From an uncultured Actinomycetota bacterium (GTDB lineage: Bacteria > Actinomycetota > Actinomycetes > Actinomycetales > Microbacteriaceae): 64,000 nucleotides of DNA. The DNA lies in NCBI GenBank assembly GCA_963789095.1, contig CAWBJK010000004.1, positions 7,334-71,333 on the forward strand. The letters run 5' to 3'. Shown here in pieces: positions 1 through 8,576 of the stretch. How positions within the stretch are numbered: position 1 is the first letter of the stretch; every line of letters starts with the position of its first letter. Below the pieces are notes generated by a model, which saw only the letters and a program-made list of their open reading frames with translations, had not been told where the DNA came from and did no database searches. The position numbers were made by a program, and so were the translations under genes.

Positions 1-2226
1 TACCTCCCGTTCGAGAGCGCCGACGATCTCGGAGACCGCGTCGCGGGCGACCTCGCGACGCTGCTCGCCGAGCGTTTCGACCAGTCGCGGCAGACCGACG
101 AGACGCCCCCCGCGACGAGCTCGCTCGTGGCGCGCGTGCCGGTGCCCTACACGCGCACGATCGGGCGCGACGACGACATCGGCGCCGTCGTCGATCTCCT
201 CGCGCGCGGCGAGGACCGCGTGGTCAGCCTCATCGGTCCGGGAGGGATCGGGAAGAGCCGCCTCGCGATCGAGGTGGCTCTGGCCGCCGAGCAGCACTTC
301 CCCGACGGCGTGTACTTCGTGCCGCTGGAGAACGTGCTCGAGCCGGGACTCCTGCTGCCGACGATCGCGTTCACCCTCGGCATCCGCGACAACGGCGAGG
401 CCGCGCTCGAGGAGCGGCTGTCGCGGGCGCTGGAGCACCGGCGCGTGCTGCTGGTGCTCGACAACTTCGAGCAGGTGGTGGAGGCGGCCCCCGTGCTCGT
501 GCGCCTCTACACGGTGGCACCGCTCGCGAGCTTCCTCGTGACGAGCCGCATCGTGCTGCGGATCCGCGGCGAGCGCGTGTACGAAGTGCCGGCGCTGTCG
601 GCCCCCGCGGCGGGAGCTCCCCCCACGCGGGAGCGCGCGGAGCAGCTCGCGGCGTGTGCGCTGTTCGTCGACCGGGCCGGCGCGGCCAAGCCCGGCTTCG
701 CGCTCACCGACGCCAACGCCGGCGCGATCATGGACATCTGCCGCCGGCTCGAAGGGCTCCCCCTCGCGATCGAGCTGGCCGCTGCGAAGGCACGCATGCT
801 GTCGCCCCAGCTGATCGCCGAACGGCTGGAACGCGGCCTGCCGCTGCTCACCGCCGCGGTGCGCGACCTTCCGGAGCGGCACCGGACGATGCGGGCGACG
901 CTCGAATGGAGCGTGAGCCTGCTGCCTCCCGAGCAGCGGGCGATGCTCGACGACCTCGGGGTCTTCGCCGAGCGGTTCACCCTCGATGCGGTGGAGGCGC
1001 TGGGGGCCGGACGCTTGTGGGAAGGAGAGGCGCTCGACGGACTCGTCGCGCTCGTCGACGCGTCGCTCGTCAAGCAGAACGAGGTCGGCGGCCGCACCGT
1101 GCTGTCGCTGCTCGCGATCGTGCGGGAGTACGCCATCGGGCGGCTCAAGGAGCGCGGCGAGGCCGATCTGATGCGGGCCGCCCACGCCGACTACTATCGG
1201 GCGCTCGTGGCGCGCCTCGCCCCCGAGTTGCGCGGGCCGGGGCAGGCCGACGTGCTCCCCGAGCTCGGGCTGCAGCTCGCGAACCTCCGCGCCGCCGTGC
1301 GTCACCTCGTCTACACCGACCGCCTCGACGACGCCGCCGACTTCACCTGGAGCCTCCTCATCTACTGGTGGATCATGGGCCTGTTCGGCGGGGTGCGCGT
1401 GTGGATGCTGGAACTGCTCGCCAAGGAGAAGCCGATCACTCAGCATTCGCGGGCGATCGCATGGTTCTTCGCGCTGTGGGGCGAGCTGTGGCAGCGCCCC
1501 GCGCAGGAGGTGGTGGCCGGTCTCGGCGAGGTGGTGCGCCTGTTCGCCGAGAGCGGCGACGAAGACGCGTCGGCGATGGCGTTCGCGGCGCGGGCGACGG
1601 CGCGCGTGCAGCTGCCCGATCCCGACATCGACCTGGCGGAGCGGGAGCTGACCGACGCGGTCGAACGGCTCCACGCCGTCGGCAACGCCTGGGGGGAGGC
1701 GATCACCCGCGTGTCGCTCGGGCGGGTGTCGTGGTTCCGCGGCTCGATCGACGACGCGCTCGCGCACCTGGAGCGCGCGACGGCGATCGCGATGGCGCGC
1801 GGCGACCGGTTCACGCTGTCGGTGGCGGGAAACCAGCGCGGGCGGCTGCTCATCGTCCGCGGCGCGATCGACGAGGCCGAGGAGGTGTTCGTGCAGACGC
1901 TCGTGCAGTCGGTGCGGCTGCACCACGAGGAGGGCGTCGCCTACGGCCTGGAGGGGCTGTGCGCCGTGGCCGCCGCGCGCGACGACGCCGAGCGCGCCGG
2001 CGAGCTGTCGGCGGCGGCCTCCTCGATCCGTCAGCGCGTGGGCGTGTTCGACGTCGAGGCCTTCACGGTGCACTCCCTGTCGCTCGACGCGGTGCGGGCG
2101 CGGCACCCCGAGAGGGTGGCGGCCGGCGAGGCGCGCGGGCGTGAACTCACCGCCGCGGAAGCCGTCGCGCGGGCGCTGCCGGAGGCCGAGGCGCGCATGG
2201 CGGCGGAGCTGTTCCAGCACTGGTGA
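1..2226 (+). CDS. STAND-class P-loop NTPase (NB-ARC-like ATPase plus C-terminal TPR-like helical repeats); 5' end lies outside the window
   Basis: The frame of ORF 127..2226 stays open back to base 1. Walker A GPGGIGKSRLA and Walker B-like RVLLVLDNFEQ are present, followed by a long Leu/Ala-rich helical repeat C-terminus. No HTH is visible in the part seen. Confidence 0.7.
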   Translation, partial: YLPFESADDLGDRVAGDLATLLAERFDQSRQTDETPPATSSLVARVPVPYTRTIGRDDDIGAVVDLLARGEDRVVSLIGPGGIGKSRLAIEVALAAEQHFPDGVYFVPLENVLEPGLLLPTIAFTLGIRDNGEAALEERLSRALEHRRVLLVLDNFEQVVEAAPVLVRLYTVAPLASFLVTSRIVLRIRGERVYEVPALSAPAAGAPPTRERAEQLAACALFVDRAGAAKPGFALTDANAGAIMDICRRLEGLPLAIELAAAKARMLSPQLIAERLERGLPLLTAAVRDLPERHRTMRATLEWSVSLLPPEQRAMLDDLGVFAERFTLDAVEALGAGRLWEGEALDGLVALVDASLVKQNEVGGRTVLSLLAIVREYAIGRLKERGEADLMRAAHADYYRALVARLAPELRGPGQADVLPELGLQLANLRAAVRHLVYTDRLDDAADFTWSLLIYWWIMGLFGGVRVWMLELLAKEKPITQHSRAIAWFFALWGELWQRPAQEVVAGLGEVVRLFAESGDEDASAMAFAARATARVQLPDPDIDLAERELTDAVERLHAVGNAWGEAITRVSLGRVSWFRGSIDDALAHLERATAIAMARGDRFTLSVAGNQRGRLLIVRGAIDEAEEVFVQTLVQSVRLHHEEGVAYGLEGLCAVAAARDDAERAGELSAAASSIRQRVGVFDVEAFTVHSLSLDAVRARHPERVAAGEARGRELTAAEAVARALPEAEARMAAELFQHW

Positions 2227-2252
2227 CCATCGCCGTCGGGGTGGACGCGGCG

Positions 2253-3881
2253 TCAGCGCGTGTGCCGGAAGCGCACCCGCGTGCCCGGCCGCACCTGTCC
2301 GAGCAGGTCGCGGGCTGAATCGGCGACGACCGCGATGACCGGGTAGCCCCCCGTGACGGGACCGTCCGGTCCGAGGATCACGGGTCGCCCCGAGGGCGGC
2401 ACCTGCACAGCGCCGGGAACCATTCCCTCGCTCGGGAGTTCGTCTTCGACCACGCGCGGGAGGGCGGGCCCGTCGAGGCGGATGCCGACACGGTCCGCCT
2501 CGGCCGACACCGTCCACACCGTGTCGAACAGCAGGTCGAGCGCATGCGGTGCGAACCAGTCGGCACGAGGGCCGGGCGCGAGCGGCAGCTCGACCGTATC
2601 GAGCGGCGGACCCCACGGGTGGAGGTCGACGGGCGGCACGCTTCCTGCGAGGTCGGCTGCGAGCGCCAGCTGGTCGCCAGGGCGGAGCGGCGGCGGTCCG
2701 ATGCGTGCGAGCGTGTCGGTGGACCGCGATCCCGCGACCGGCTGCGCCTCGATCCCACCGCGGATCGCGAGGTAGCCGCGCGTGCCGTGCGCGAAGGCAT
2801 CGACGTGCAGCTCGGTGCCCGCACGCCAGGGATGCGCCTCGTACGGGTCGACCCTGCGCGCGTCGACCGTCACCGGTCCCCACGCTCCCGTGACGGCGAA
2901 CCACAGATCGGCGAGGGCGACGGCCCGGAACCCGCCCAGAGTGATCTCGATGCCCGCCGCCGCTTCCGCATTGCCGATGAGACGGTTTCCGGTGCGCAAC
3001 GCTCCGCGATCGGCCGCGCCCGACGGCGAGATCCCCTCGGCCGCGTGGCCCGGGCGACCCTGATCCTGGATCGTGGCGAGGAGCCCCGGCGCGATGACCC
3101 GCAGCGACGGAGCGTCGCCCACGGCAGGCGGGGTGGCTGTCGGCGCGGGGGCTGTCGACGTGAGGGCGGTCGGTGTGGGGGCGGTCGGCGCGGGGGCGGC
3201 GAGCGCAGTCGCCGGAAGCTTTCGACCCGCTGCGTCTCCCGCCTCGATGCGCGCCCGCCGCGGGACGAACCTCACCTGCGCTCCCGGCTGCAGGAGGGCG
3301 GGCGGCTCGGCGGCGGGGTCGAAGAGAGGTGCCGAGGTGGTGCCGATGAGCTGCCAGCCGCCGGGGGTGTCGCGCGGGTACGCACCCGTGAACTCGCCTG
3401 CGAGCGCCACGGCTCCCGCCGGCACGCGAGTGCGCGGACTCGCCCGCCGCGGCACGAGGTGCGGCCAGTCCGGGCTCACGAGGTAGCCGAAGCCGGGGGC
3501 GAAGCCCGTGAAGGCGACCGTCCATTCGGCGGTGCTGTGCCGGCGCACCACCTCCTCCGTCGAGCATCCGAGGAGCGCGGCGACGTCGGCCAGGTCGTCG
3601 CCGGCGTACACCGTCGGAAGTTCGACGAGCGTGGAGGCCGAATCTCCCGCTGCGGGCGACGCCCCGGCAGCCGACCCCATGACCCACGCGCGGGCCGCCG
3701 CGAGCGTCAGCACGGCGGGATCGACGGTGACGAGCACCGACCGCGCAGCCGGCACGACGTCGACCACACCGGCCGGTCGCGCGACGCTCAGGCGGGCCGA
3801 GAGGTCGAGCACAGCGCCGAGGTCGTCGACTTCGGCCAGCAGCGCGCGGTCGCCGAAGGGACGCACCCGGAGTGTCACCAC
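2253..3881 (-). CDS. pxpBC: Fused 5-oxoprolinase subunits B and C (KipI/KipA-type domains) joined by an Ala/Pro/Thr-rich linker
   Basis: The homologous part of ORF 2253..4319 begins at GTG 3881 (VVTLRVRPFGDRALLAEV, a PxpB-like N-terminus). The second half (SLRVIAPGLLATIQDQGRPG...GGYPVIAVV) is PxpC-like. The rest of the long ORF overlaps pxpA and is not coding. Confidence 0.8.
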   Translation of the reverse strand: MVTLRVRPFGDRALLAEVDDLGAVLDLSARLSVARPAGVVDVVPAARSVLVTVDPAVLTLAAARAWVMGSAAGASPAAGDSASTLVELPTVYAGDDLADVAALLGCSTEEVVRRHSTAEWTVAFTGFAPGFGYLVSPDWPHLVPRRASPRTRVPAGAVALAGEFTGAYPRDTPGGWQLIGTTSAPLFDPAAEPPALLQPGAQVRFVPRRARIEAGDAAGRKLPATALAAPAPTAPTPTALTSTAPAPTATPPAVGDAPSLRVIAPGLLATIQDQGRPGHAAEGISPSGAADRGALRTGNRLIGNAEAAAGIEITLGGFRAVALADLWFAVTGAWGPVTVDARRVDPYEAHPWRAGTELHVDAFAHGTRGYLAIRGGIEAQPVAGSRSTDTLARIGPPPLRPGDQLALAADLAGSVPPVDLHPWGPPLDTVELPLAPGPRADWFAPHALDLLFDTVWTVSAEADRVGIRLDGPALPRVVEDELPSEGMVPGAVQVPPSGRPVILGPDGPVTGGYPVIAVVADSARDLLGQVRPGTRVRFRHTR

Positions 3882-3918
3882 GTCGTCACCAGGTCGTCGC
3901 CGCGTCGTCGCCGCGTCA

Positions 3919-4675
3919 TCACCATGGCGGACGCACCGCGACGCCCGCGTCGTCGAGCGCCGCGCGCACTGCGCGCGCCATCGCCACCGCGCCGGGAGAG
4001 TCTCCGTGGACGCACAGCGACACGGCCCGCGCCTCGACGAGTGTGCCGTCGATCGCTTCCACGACGCCTTCCGTCGCGAGACGCACGGCACGGTCGGCGA
4101 CCTCCGCCGCCTCGTGCAGGAGTGCTCCGGGGTGGGATCGCGGCACCAGCCGACCGTCGGCGAGATATCCGCGATCGAGGAACGCCTCCCGCAGGAAGGG
4201 GAGTCCCGCCCCTTCCGCCGCCGCGACGATGGCACCGTCGAGACCGAGCACCGGCAGCGCCCGCCCCAGCGTGTCGGAGACGTCGGCGATGGCCGCTGCC
4301 ACCGCGTCGGCGAGCGCACGGTCTGCCGACACGGAGTGGTAGAGCGCGCCGTGCGGCTTGACGTAGCGCAGCACTCCCCCGGCCTCGACGAGGTCGCCGA
4401 GCTGACGTCTCACCTGCTCGCGCAGCAGGGCGGGTTCCACCTCGAGCGCGACCCTCCCGAACCCGGCGCGGTCGACGAACGACGGATGAGCGCCCACCGC
4501 GACCCCGTGCCGCTCCGCGCGCTGCAGCGACGCCCGCATCGACTCCGCATCGCCCGCGTGCCCGCCGCAGGCGACCGACGCGCTCGAAGATGAGGGCGAA
4601 CAGCGCGTCGTCGTCGGCCGTGGGCACGCCGTCGACGGTCTCGCCGAGGTCGGCGTTGAGGTCGATCACCGTCAT
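3919..4675 (-). pseudogene. pxpA: 5-oxoprolinase subunit A (LamB/YcsF family) interrupted by a 1-nt frameshift
   Basis: The N-terminus MTVIDLNADLGE...ALFALI (frame of ORF 3875..4675) continues as SSASVACGGHAGDAESMRASL...HPSF...CVHGD only in the frame of ORF 3919..4539. The total length of 757 nt is 3n+1. The junction is near 4583-4591. Confidence 0.75.
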
Positions 4676-4784
4676 ACGGCAACGGTACCCGCGCGCCCTG
4701 CCCTACGAGGAGAGCGCGTTACGAGTGGATAAAGACCGCGAACTGCCCCGTGCGCCGCAGGCGGCGGCGGGGCAGGATGGTCGC

Positions 4785-6521
4785 ATGCCTCTCGAGACTC
4801 AGCCCGCAGCGCCCGCACCGCTCCTGCAGGTGCGGGACATGGCCGTCGACTTCCAGACCGTGGCCGGCGTCGTCCACGCCGTGGAGGGCGTCGACCTCGA
4901 CATCGCCGCGGGCGAGACGGTCGCGATCGTGGGCGAGTCGGGCTCGGGGAAGTCGACGACGGCCATGGCGCTCATCGGTCTCCTCCCCGGCAACGGCAAG
5001 ATCGTCCGCGGCAGCATCCTCCTCGACGGCGAGCAGCTCGTCGGCGCGAGCGAGTCGCGGATGCGCCGCGTGCGCGGCGCGCAGATCGGCCTCGTCCCCC
5101 AGGACCCGATGTCGAACCTGAACCCGGTCTCCAAGATCGGGACGCAGGTCGCCGAGACGCTGCTCGCACACGGACTCGCCACCTCGAAGGATGTCGACCG
5201 CAAGGTGGTCGAGACCCTCGCCGCCGCGGGCCTCCCCGACGCGGAAGAGCGCGCCAAGCAGTATCCGCACGAGTTCTCCGGCGGCATGCGCCAGCGCGCG
5301 CTCATCGCGATCGGCCTGGCGTGCAACCCGCGCCTCCTGATCGCCGACGAGCCGACGAGCGCGCTCGACGTCACGGTGCAGAAGACGATCCTCGATCAGC
5401 TCGACCGGATGACGAGCGAGCTCGGCACGTCGGTGCTGCTCATCACGCACGACCTCGGCCTCGCCGCCGAGCGGGCCGCCCGCGTCGTCGTGATGCATCG
5501 CGGCAAGATCGTCGAGCAGGGTGCGGCCCGCAAGATCCTCGAAGACCCGCAGCACCCGTACACGCAGGATCTCGTGCGCGCCGCGCCGTCGGTCGCGGTC
5601 GCCCGCCTGCGGCCTCAGGTGTTCACCACCACCCCCGCCGGCCAGACTCCCGCCGTCACGACCGAGCGCGTCGCCTCCGCCGGCACGACGCCCCACGCCG
5701 ACACGACGCCCCACGCCGACACGACGCCGAAGCCCGACAACATCGTCGAGGTCGACGACCTCACGAAGATCTACCCCATCCGCGGCAAGAAAGAGGACTT
5801 CGCGGCGGTGGCGAACGTGTCGTTCGCGATCCCACGGGGCGAGACCGTCGCCATCGTGGGCGAGTCAGGGTCTGGCAAGACCACTACGGCGCGCATGCTG
5901 CTGAAGATCATCGAGCCGACGTCGGGCGCGATCCGGTACGAGGGTCAGGACGTCACCCAGCTCAAGGGGAAAGCGCTGCGCGATTTCCGTCAGAAGGTGC
6001 AGCCGATCTTCCAAGACCCCTATTCATCGCTCAACCCCATGTTCACGATCGAGCGGATCATCGCCGAGCCCCTGGAGTTCTACAAGCGGGGGTCGGCGAA
6101 AGAGCGCGACACGCGCGTGCGCAAGCTCCTCGACGACGTGGCCCTGCCGCAGACGATGCTCCGCCGCTACCCGTCGGAGCTGTCGGGCGGGCAGCGTCAG
6201 CGCGTCGCCATCGCGCGCGCCCTCGCCCTCAACCCCGAGCTGATCGTCTGCGACGAGCCGGTGTCGGCGCTCGATGTGCTGGTGCAGGACCAGATCCTCA
6301 CCCTTCTGCGCGACCTGCAGGGCGAGTACGGCCTGAGCTATCTCTTCATCTCCCACGACCTCGCCGTCGTGCGGCTCATCAGCGATTACGTGTGCGTCAT
6401 GAAGGACGGCCGGCTCGTGGAGGCCGCGTCGAGCGAGGAGATCTTCACGAATCCGCGCGACCCCTACACGCGGCGGCTGCTGGCGTCCATCCCCGGCAAC
6501 GAACTCGACATCGCCGTCTGA
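4785..6521 (+). CDS. Peptide/nickel-type ABC transporter ATP-binding protein with two fused ATPase domains (DppD/DppF-like)
   Basis: Two Walker A motifs (GESGSGKST, GESGSGKTT) and two signature motifs (FSGGMRQR, LSGGQRQR). ATG 4785 (MPLETQ...) is the first plausible start inside ORF 4590..6521. Confidence 0.9.
   Translation: MPLETQPAAPAPLLQVRDMAVDFQTVAGVVHAVEGVDLDIAAGETVAIVGESGSGKSTTAMALIGLLPGNGKIVRGSILLDGEQLVGASESRMRRVRGAQIGLVPQDPMSNLNPVSKIGTQVAETLLAHGLATSKDVDRKVVETLAAAGLPDAEERAKQYPHEFSGGMRQRALIAIGLACNPRLLIADEPTSALDVTVQKTILDQLDRMTSELGTSVLLITHDLGLAAERAARVVVMHRGKIVEQGAARKILEDPQHPYTQDLVRAAPSVAVARLRPQVFTTTPAGQTPAVTTERVASAGTTPHADTTPHADTTPKPDNIVEVDDLTKIYPIRGKKEDFAAVANVSFAIPRGETVAIVGESGSGKTTTARMLLKIIEPTSGAIRYEGQDVTQLKGKALRDFRQKVQPIFQDPYSSLNPMFTIERIIAEPLEFYKRGSAKERDTRVRKLLDDVALPQTMLRRYPSELSGGQRQRVAIARALALNPELIVCDEPVSALDVLVQDQILTLLRDLQGEYGLSYLFISHDLAVVRLISDYVCVMKDGRLVEAASSEEIFTNPRDPYTRRLLASIPGNELDIAV
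5685..5738 (+). repeat. In-frame 18-bp tandem repeat (about 3 units) encoding TTPHAD-TTPHAD-TTPKPD in the inter-domain linker of the ABC ATPase
   Basis: acgacgccccacgccgac occurs twice perfectly, followed by a diverged third unit. Confidence 0.85.
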
Positions 6522-6533
6522 CGGTCGGCAGGG

Positions 6534-7490
6534 TCAGCGCGCGCGGGTGCGCGGATCCATCGCCTGTCGCAGCGCCTCTCCGAAGAGGGTGAAGCCGAAC
6601 GCCGTGATCGAGATGCACAGACCGGGGAGGAAGGCGAGCCAAGGTGCGATCGCCAGCTCCGACTGCGCGTAGGTGAGCATGCGACCCCACTCCGCCGTCT
6701 GCGGAAGTCCGCCGCCGAGACCGAGGAACGACAGCGCCGCGGCGTCGATGACCGCGGTCGCGAGAGACAGCGTCCCCTGCACGATGACCGGACCGACCGA
6801 GTTCGGGAGCACGTGGCTCATCGTGATGCGTCCACGGCCGAGCCCGAGCGTCTGCGCCGAAAGCACGTAGTCCGACGACCGCTGCTGCAGCATCGACGCG
6901 CGCAGCAGGCGGGCGAACACCGGCACCTGTGACGCACCGATGGCGATCATCACGGCCAGCTGCGACTGTCCGAGGATCGCCGCGATCGACACGGCCAGCA
7001 GCAGGTTGGGAACCGAGAGCAGGATGTCGACGAAGCGCATGATGATGCTGTCGACCCACCCGCCGAACATGCCGCACAGGAAACCGAGCAGCATGCCGCC
7101 GACGAGGCCGATCGCCGTCGAGATGACGCCGATCATGAGCGACGCCTGCGCGCCCCAGATCAGCTTCGACAGCACGTCACCGCCGAAGCGGTCGAGGCCC
7201 AGCGGGAACTGCGCGAGCTCGCCCGGGCCGGGGATGTGCGTCGGGGTGATGTAACGCTGGCCGGGCAGCTCGGTCGGCCCGAACGGCGCGAGGATCGGCG
7301 CGAGGGCGGCGACGAGCAGGAACAGGAGCACGATGACGGCGCCGATCCAGGCGGTCGGGTTGTGCCGCAGCCGCACGAACACGTCGCGCCAGAAGCCTCC
7401 TCCGGCGCGGGCTTCGAGCACCTGGTGGTCGGCCGCGTTCTCCTCGGTCGGGCCGCCGCCGGGGGCGGGCGGGAGCATGGCGGAAGTCAT
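6534..7490 (-). CDS. ABC peptide transporter permease (DppC/OppC-like)
   Basis: MTSAMLPP... has multiple TM helices and a binding-protein-dependent transport signature region. The ATG at 7490 overlaps the stop of the upstream permease (ATGA). Confidence 0.88.
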   Translation of the reverse strand: MTSAMLPPAPGGGPTEENAADHQVLEARAGGGFWRDVFVRLRHNPTAWIGAVIVLLFLLVAALAPILAPFGPTELPGQRYITPTHIPGPGELAQFPLGLDRFGGDVLSKLIWGAQASLMIGVISTAIGLVGGMLLGFLCGMFGGWVDSIIMRFVDILLSVPNLLLAVSIAAILGQSQLAVMIAIGASQVPVFARLLRASMLQQRSSDYVLSAQTLGLGRGRITMSHVLPNSVGPVIVQGTLSLATAVIDAAALSFLGLGGGLPQTAEWGRMLTYAQSELAIAPWLAFLPGLCISITAFGFTLFGEALRQAMDPRTRAR

Positions 7491-8491
7491 TGGACCCTCA
7501 CTCTCGGGTCGATGAGGCTGTACGAGACATCGACGAGCAGGTTGATGAGCGCGTACAGGAGTGCGATGAAGAGGATGAAGCCCTGCAGCACCGGGAAGTC
7601 GCGTGTGAAGATCGCCCGCGCGAGGAACGAGCCGATGCCGGGGAACGCGAAGACGGTCTCGGTGAGCACGGCGCCCGAGATGAGAAGGCCCGTCTGGAGT
7701 CCGATCGTCGTGACGACGGGCAGCATCGCGTTGCGGAGGATGAACCGGCTGCGCAGCGTCTGCTGCGAGATCCCCTTCGCCATGCCGGTGCGCACGTAGT
7801 CGGCGTTCTGCACCTCGAGCACCGAGGCCCGCGTGATGCGCACGATGATCGCGAGGGGGATCGTGCCGAGGGCGACGGCGGGGAGGATCAGGTGCAGGAA
7901 CGCGTCCCACGCGGCGTCGAACTCCCCCGTCAGCAGTCCGTCGAGCACGTAGAAGTTCGTGTAGTGCGTCGCGTCGATCCGCGGGTTCTGGCGTCCGTCG
8001 GACGGGAGCCAGCCCAGCTGCACGGCGAAGACGTACTTGAGGATGAACGCCAGGAAGAACACGGGCACCGTGATGCCGACGAGGCTCAGGGCCACCGCCG
8101 TGTGGTCGCCCCACTTGCCGTTGCGCCGGGCGGCCCAATAGCCGAGCGGCACCCCGATGCCGACGGCGAGGATCATGGCGACCACCGAGAGCTCGATCGT
8201 CGCCGGGAACCGCCGCGCGAACTCCTCCAGCACGGGCCGTGCCGTCTGGATCGACGAGCCGAAGTCGCCCGACAGAAGCCTGCCGAGCCAGGTGAAGTAT
8301 TGCTCGATGAGCGGGCGGTCGAACCCGTAGAGACGGTTGATCTCCGCGATGCGCTCCGGCGTCGCCTTCTCGCCGAGGAGCGCGACGGCCGGACCGCCCG
8401 GCAGGGCTCGCACCCAGAAGAACAGCAGGACGGTGAGTCCGAGAAGCGTGGGGATCAGCAGCAGAAGGCGCCGGCCGATGGTGCGTAGCAC
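7487..8491 (-). CDS. ABC peptide transporter permease (DppB/OppB-like)
   Basis: VLRTIGRRLLLLIPTLLGLTVLLFF is a typical DppB N-terminus. GTG 8491 is preceded by a GGAG RBS. The longer ORF start at 8545 is possible but less likely. Confidence 0.85.
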   Translation of the reverse strand: MLRTIGRRLLLLIPTLLGLTVLLFFWVRALPGGPAVALLGEKATPERIAEINRLYGFDRPLIEQYFTWLGRLLSGDFGSSIQTARPVLEEFARRFPATIELSVVAMILAVGIGVPLGYWAARRNGKWGDHTAVALSLVGITVPVFFLAFILKYVFAVQLGWLPSDGRQNPRIDATHYTNFYVLDGLLTGEFDAAWDAFLHLILPAVALGTIPLAIIVRITRASVLEVQNADYVRTGMAKGISQQTLRSRFILRNAMLPVVTTIGLQTGLLISGAVLTETVFAFPGIGSFLARAIFTRDFPVLQGFILFIALLYALINLLVDVSYSLIDPRVRVQ

Positions 8492-8576
8492 GAAGGCAAC
8501 TCCGGATCGGGGTCGAAGGAGAGGGCACGGATGCCGTGACCGCACACGGCGGTCACGGCATCCGCAGGTCGGGAGT

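Noticed and set aside
2253-4319. N-terminal ~145-aa extension of the pxpBC ORF
   Set aside because: It overlaps pxpA on the same strand in another frame and is Arg-rich with no homology signal. The PxpB-like sequence starts at about 3881.
6534-8528. Single 664-aa ORF spanning both permease genes
   Set aside because: Only its C-terminal 318 aa (from ATG 7490) are permease-like. The upstream part is an out-of-frame read-through of the DppB-like gene, which is encoded in the frame of ORF 7487..8545.
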